Origin: an uncultured Gemmatimonadaceae bacterium
Lineage (GTDB): Bacteria; Gemmatimonadota; Gemmatimonadetes; Gemmatimonadales; Gemmatimonadaceae
Direction of reading: 5' to 3'
DNA: 64,000 nt
NCBI GenBank assembly: GCA_963781585.1
Contig: CAWAGQ010000004.1
Location: 736,001-800,000 of the forward strand
The notes under the pieces were generated by a model. It was not told the origin of the DNA, searched no databases, and saw only the letters and a list, made by a program, of their open reading frames with translations. The stretch's first letter is position 1, and the number at the start of each line of letters is the position of its first letter. Positions 61,285 to 64,000 of this stretch are shown here, one piece after another. The position numbers were made by a program, and so were the translations under genes.

Positions 61285-62174
61285 TCGGTGATGGCGCCGG
61301 CGGCGACGAGGCTGGCGCGCAGCGCGGCCGAGTGCGATTCGGCCAGGGGCACCAGCGGGAGGCGGAGCACGTTCTCGATCCGGCCCATCATCGCCAGCGC
61401 GGCCTTGGCGGGAATCGGATTCGATTCCACGAACGCCGCGGCCATCCAGGGTTGCAGCCGCCGATGCATCACCCGCGCGGCGGCCAGGTCGCCGGCCGCG
61501 CAGGCGTCGGTCAGTTGGGCCATCTGGCGGGGCGCGGCGTTGGCGGTCACCGAGATCACGCCGTCGCCGCCTAACGCCATGACCGGCAGCGTGAGCGCGT
61601 CGTCGCCCGACAGCACCGCGAACCCCGGCGGACGCTCGCGGATGATCTCGGCAATCTGCCCGATCAGCCCCGACGCCTCCTTCACCCCCGCGATGCCCGC
61701 GAACTTCGACAGCTCGATCGTGGTCCGCGCTTCGATGTTGCTGCCGGTGCGGCCGGGCACGTTGTAGACGATGATCGGGAGGTCGATGGCGTCGGCGATG
61801 GCGCGGAAGTGCGCCAGGATGCCGCGCTGGGGCGGCTTGTTGTACATCGGCGAGACGTGCAGGAGATGGGTCGCGCCCACGGCCTTCATTTCCCGCGACA
61901 GCGCGATGGCCCTGGCGGTGTCGTTCGAGCCGGCACCCGCCACGATCGGCACGCGACCGGCCGCCACCTCGACCGTGATCTCGACCACGCGCCGATGCTC
62001 CGCCGGCGTCATGGTGGCCGCTTCACCAGTGGAGCCGCACGGGACCAGAAAGTGCACCCCTTCCCCGATCTGCCACTCCACGAGACGCCGCAGGGCGTCC
62101 TCGTCCACCGAACCGTTGCGCTGGAACGGCGTGACGAGGGCCGTGCCGCATCCCATCAGTTGTCGCGCGCTCAT
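61281..62174 (-). CDS. dapA: 4-hydroxy-tetrahydrodipicolinate synthase
   Basis: GSTGE, YNKP, YNVPGRT, GVKEASG, LSGDD, ESNPIPAK. Confidence 0.97.
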   Translation of the reverse strand: MSARQLMGCGTALVTPFQRNGSVDEDALRRLVEWQIGEGVHFLVPCGSTGEAATMTPAEHRRVVEITVEVAAGRVPIVAGAGSNDTARAIALSREMKAVGATHLLHVSPMYNKPPQRGILAHFRAIADAIDLPIIVYNVPGRTGSNIEARTTIELSKFAGIAGVKEASGLIGQIAEIIRERPPGFAVLSGDDALTLPVMALGGDGVISVTANAAPRQMAQLTDACAAGDLAAARVMHRRLQPWMAAAFVESNPIPAKAALAMMGRIENVLRLPLVPLAESHSAALRASLVAAGAITE

Positions 62175-62908
62175 GTCGTGGGCTCTCCTGGTGCCCGCAG
62201 TACGTCACGCATGGTGAAGATGCCGCGCCGGCCGCGCAACCACGCGGCGGCCCGCAGCGCCCCGTCGGCGAAGACACGCCGGTCGCGCGCTTCGTGGGTC
62301 AGCCGCAGTTGCTCGAACGGTGCATCGAATACGAGCTCGTGGGTCCCCGGAACGTGCCCCACCCGGACGCTGGTGATCGGAACCGCGCGACCGGTGATGC
62401 GCGCCACCACGTCGGCGAGCGCTGCCGCGGTGCCCGATGGCGCGTCCTTCTTGGTCGCGTGATGCGTCTCCACCAGATGAGTGTCCACGTCATCCGCGTC
62501 GCCGAGCAGCCGCGCGGCCGTCTCGGCTACCGCGGTGAGGACCGCGACGCCGATCGAGAAGTTGGGCGACCACAACATGGCTCCACCCAGACGTTGTACC
62601 TCCGCGATCACCACCGGAAGTTGCGCGTACCACCCCGTGGTCCCGACCACCACCGGCAGCCCCTCGCGCGCACAGGCGAGCACGTTGGCCACCGCCTCCC
62701 CGGGTTCGGTGAACTCGATGGCGACGTCGGGATGCCCGAGACGCTCGCGGGAAATCCCCGATCCGTCGGTGTTGTCGGCGACGCCAAGCATGGTGGTGAC
62801 GACGATGCCGCGCCCTTCGGCGAGGGACGCGACCGCACTCCCCATGCGGCCGTCTCCGATCAGCGCCAGCCGTAGCACGCGATCCCGATCGGGCGTCATT
62901 CCGCTCAC
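62171..62908 (-). CDS. dapB: 4-hydroxy-tetrahydrodipicolinate reductase
   Basis: GDGRMG, VGTTG, PNFSIG, ETHHATKKDAPSGTA, FADGAL. Confidence 0.96.
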   Translation of the reverse strand: MSGMTPDRDRVLRLALIGDGRMGSAVASLAEGRGIVVTTMLGVADNTDGSGISRERLGHPDVAIEFTEPGEAVANVLACAREGLPVVVGTTGWYAQLPVVIAEVQRLGGAMLWSPNFSIGVAVLTAVAETAARLLGDADDVDTHLVETHHATKKDAPSGTAAALADVVARITGRAVPITSVRVGHVPGTHELVFDAPFEQLRLTHEARDRRVFADGALRAAAWLRGRRGIFTMRDVLRAPGEPTT

Positions 62909-64000
62909 GCCTCCCCCGCCGGAAAGAAGGTCTGATGCAGCGCCCGCATTGCCGGGACCACCTGATCGCCGTCCACCAGCATCGTGAGGTTGATGCCGCT
63001 CGCGCTCAGCGAGAGCATGTGGACGCGGATGGAGCCCAGCGACGCCAGCGCGCGGGACATGGAGATACTGCTTGCGGCCAAACCGGCGCCGACCAGGGCC
63101 ACAATGCCACGGTTGCGTTCCACGGATACGTCCCCGAGGTGCGACAGATCCACCACCAGTGAGTCAAGATGGCGCGGATCGTCGACGGTGAGGCTCACGC
63201 TGATCTCGGACGTGGCCACCACGTCGACCGACGTACGATGGCGGTCGAAGATCTCGAAGATGCTGCGCAGGAATCCGTGCGCCAGCAGCATCCGGGGCGA
63301 CCGGACTCGGATTACCGTCACACCCTCCTTGCCGGCGATGGCGGTCACCGGTCTCAGCGGCGCGTCGAAGGTGATCAGCGTGCCGCGCCCCGCGGGGTTC
63401 CGGGAATTGAGGACGTACACCGGAATGCCGAGCCGCACGGCCGGCGCGATGGTGCTCGGGTGCAGGACCTTGGCGCCGAACGACGCGAGCTCGCTGGCCT
63501 CGTCGAAACGGATGCGTTCGATCAGACGCGCCCCGTCCACGATCCGGGGGTCGGCGGTGAGCATGCCGTCCACGTCGGTCCAGATCTCGATCGACTCCGC
63601 GCCTAACGCGGCGCCGAGCAGCGAGGCGCTGAAGTCGCTGCCGCCGCGCCCGAGGGTGGTCACCACCTTCTGTTCCGTGCCGCCCACGAACCCGCCGATC
63701 ACCGGCACCCGCCCCTGCGCCACCAGCGGCTGCAGAATGCGCCGCGCCGCCTCGGCGATCTTCTCGGGCCTGGGCTCCGCCTTGCCGAACTCGTCGCCCG
63801 TGATGATCACCGTGCGGGCATCAATCGGATCGGCCGGCACACCCCGTGTCCGGAACGCCGCCACCAGGAGCTCGGTCGACAGCGCTTCCCCCTTGGACGC
63901 GATCGCATCGAGGCTGCGCGGCGTCAGGTGCCCCAGCACCGACAACGCTTCGGCCAGGCTCGCCAGTTCGTCGCAGGTGGCGCGCAGTTCACCGATTACG
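62905..64000 (-). CDS. lysC: Aspartate kinase (lysine-sensitive AK-III-like), 5'-truncated
   Basis: GEALS, TTLGRGGSDFSA, WTDVDG, FGAKVLHP, two ACT domains; frame is open to the window end. Confidence 0.93.
   Translation of the reverse strand, partial: VIGELRATCDELASLAEALSVLGHLTPRSLDAIASKGEALSTELLVAAFRTRGVPADPIDARTVIITGDEFGKAEPRPEKIAEAARRILQPLVAQGRVPVIGGFVGGTEQKVVTTLGRGGSDFSASLLGAALGAESIEIWTDVDGMLTADPRIVDGARLIERIRFDEASELASFGAKVLHPSTIAPAVRLGIPVYVLNSRNPAGRGTLITFDAPLRPVTAIAGKEGVTVIRVRSPRMLLAHGFLRSIFEIFDRHRTSVDVVATSEISVSLTVDDPRHLDSLVVDLSHLGDVSVERNRGIVALVGAGLAASSISMSRALASLGSIRVHMLSLSASGINLTMLVDGDQVVPAMRALHQTFFPAGEA

Noticed and set aside
22..63606. Many long antisense or alternate-frame ORFs (e.g. 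22-2058, 11986-13884, 27129-29030, 50315-52186)
   Set aside because: Shadow ORFs expected from high GC3 codon bias. They have no recognisable motifs and overlap well-supported genes.

Overview
High-GC (roughly 69% by eye) bacterial chromosome segment. The gene families and gene order suggest Gemmatimonadota (inference). The left 14 kb is accessory-like: a secreted VPS10/BNR beta-propeller protein with Gly/Arg-rich inserts, an ABC exporter pair, DUF5946- and DUF819-like genes, a 2-hydroxyacid dehydrogenase, a Ser/Thr kinase-TolB-like fusion and an alpha/beta hydrolase, followed by tmRNA (tag ANNNLALAA). The rest is mostly core genes on the minus strand: dusB-larB; mreBCD-mrdA-rodA-accD-folC-hisS-proS-lysA-yfcE-guaA; rpsO-pnp-M16-ald-dut; rplM-rpsI-rpsB-tsf-pyrH-frr-uppS-cdsA-dxr-rseP; an acyl-CoA carboxylase cluster interrupted by an RlmD-like gene; and lysC-dapB-dapA-dapD-aroA-cmk-rpsA. 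I saw no mobile element, integrase or CRISPR array. The most striking unexplained signal is a dispersed non-palindromic motif, (C)GTTAGGC / GCCTAAC(G). I found 19 copies by eye, on both strands and in several reading frames, and most of them place rare TTA, CTA or AGG codons in core genes, which points to selection on the DNA sequence itself. A cluster of single-base insertions at about 41.0-46.8 kb breaks essential genes and is most likely a sequencing or consensus artefact.
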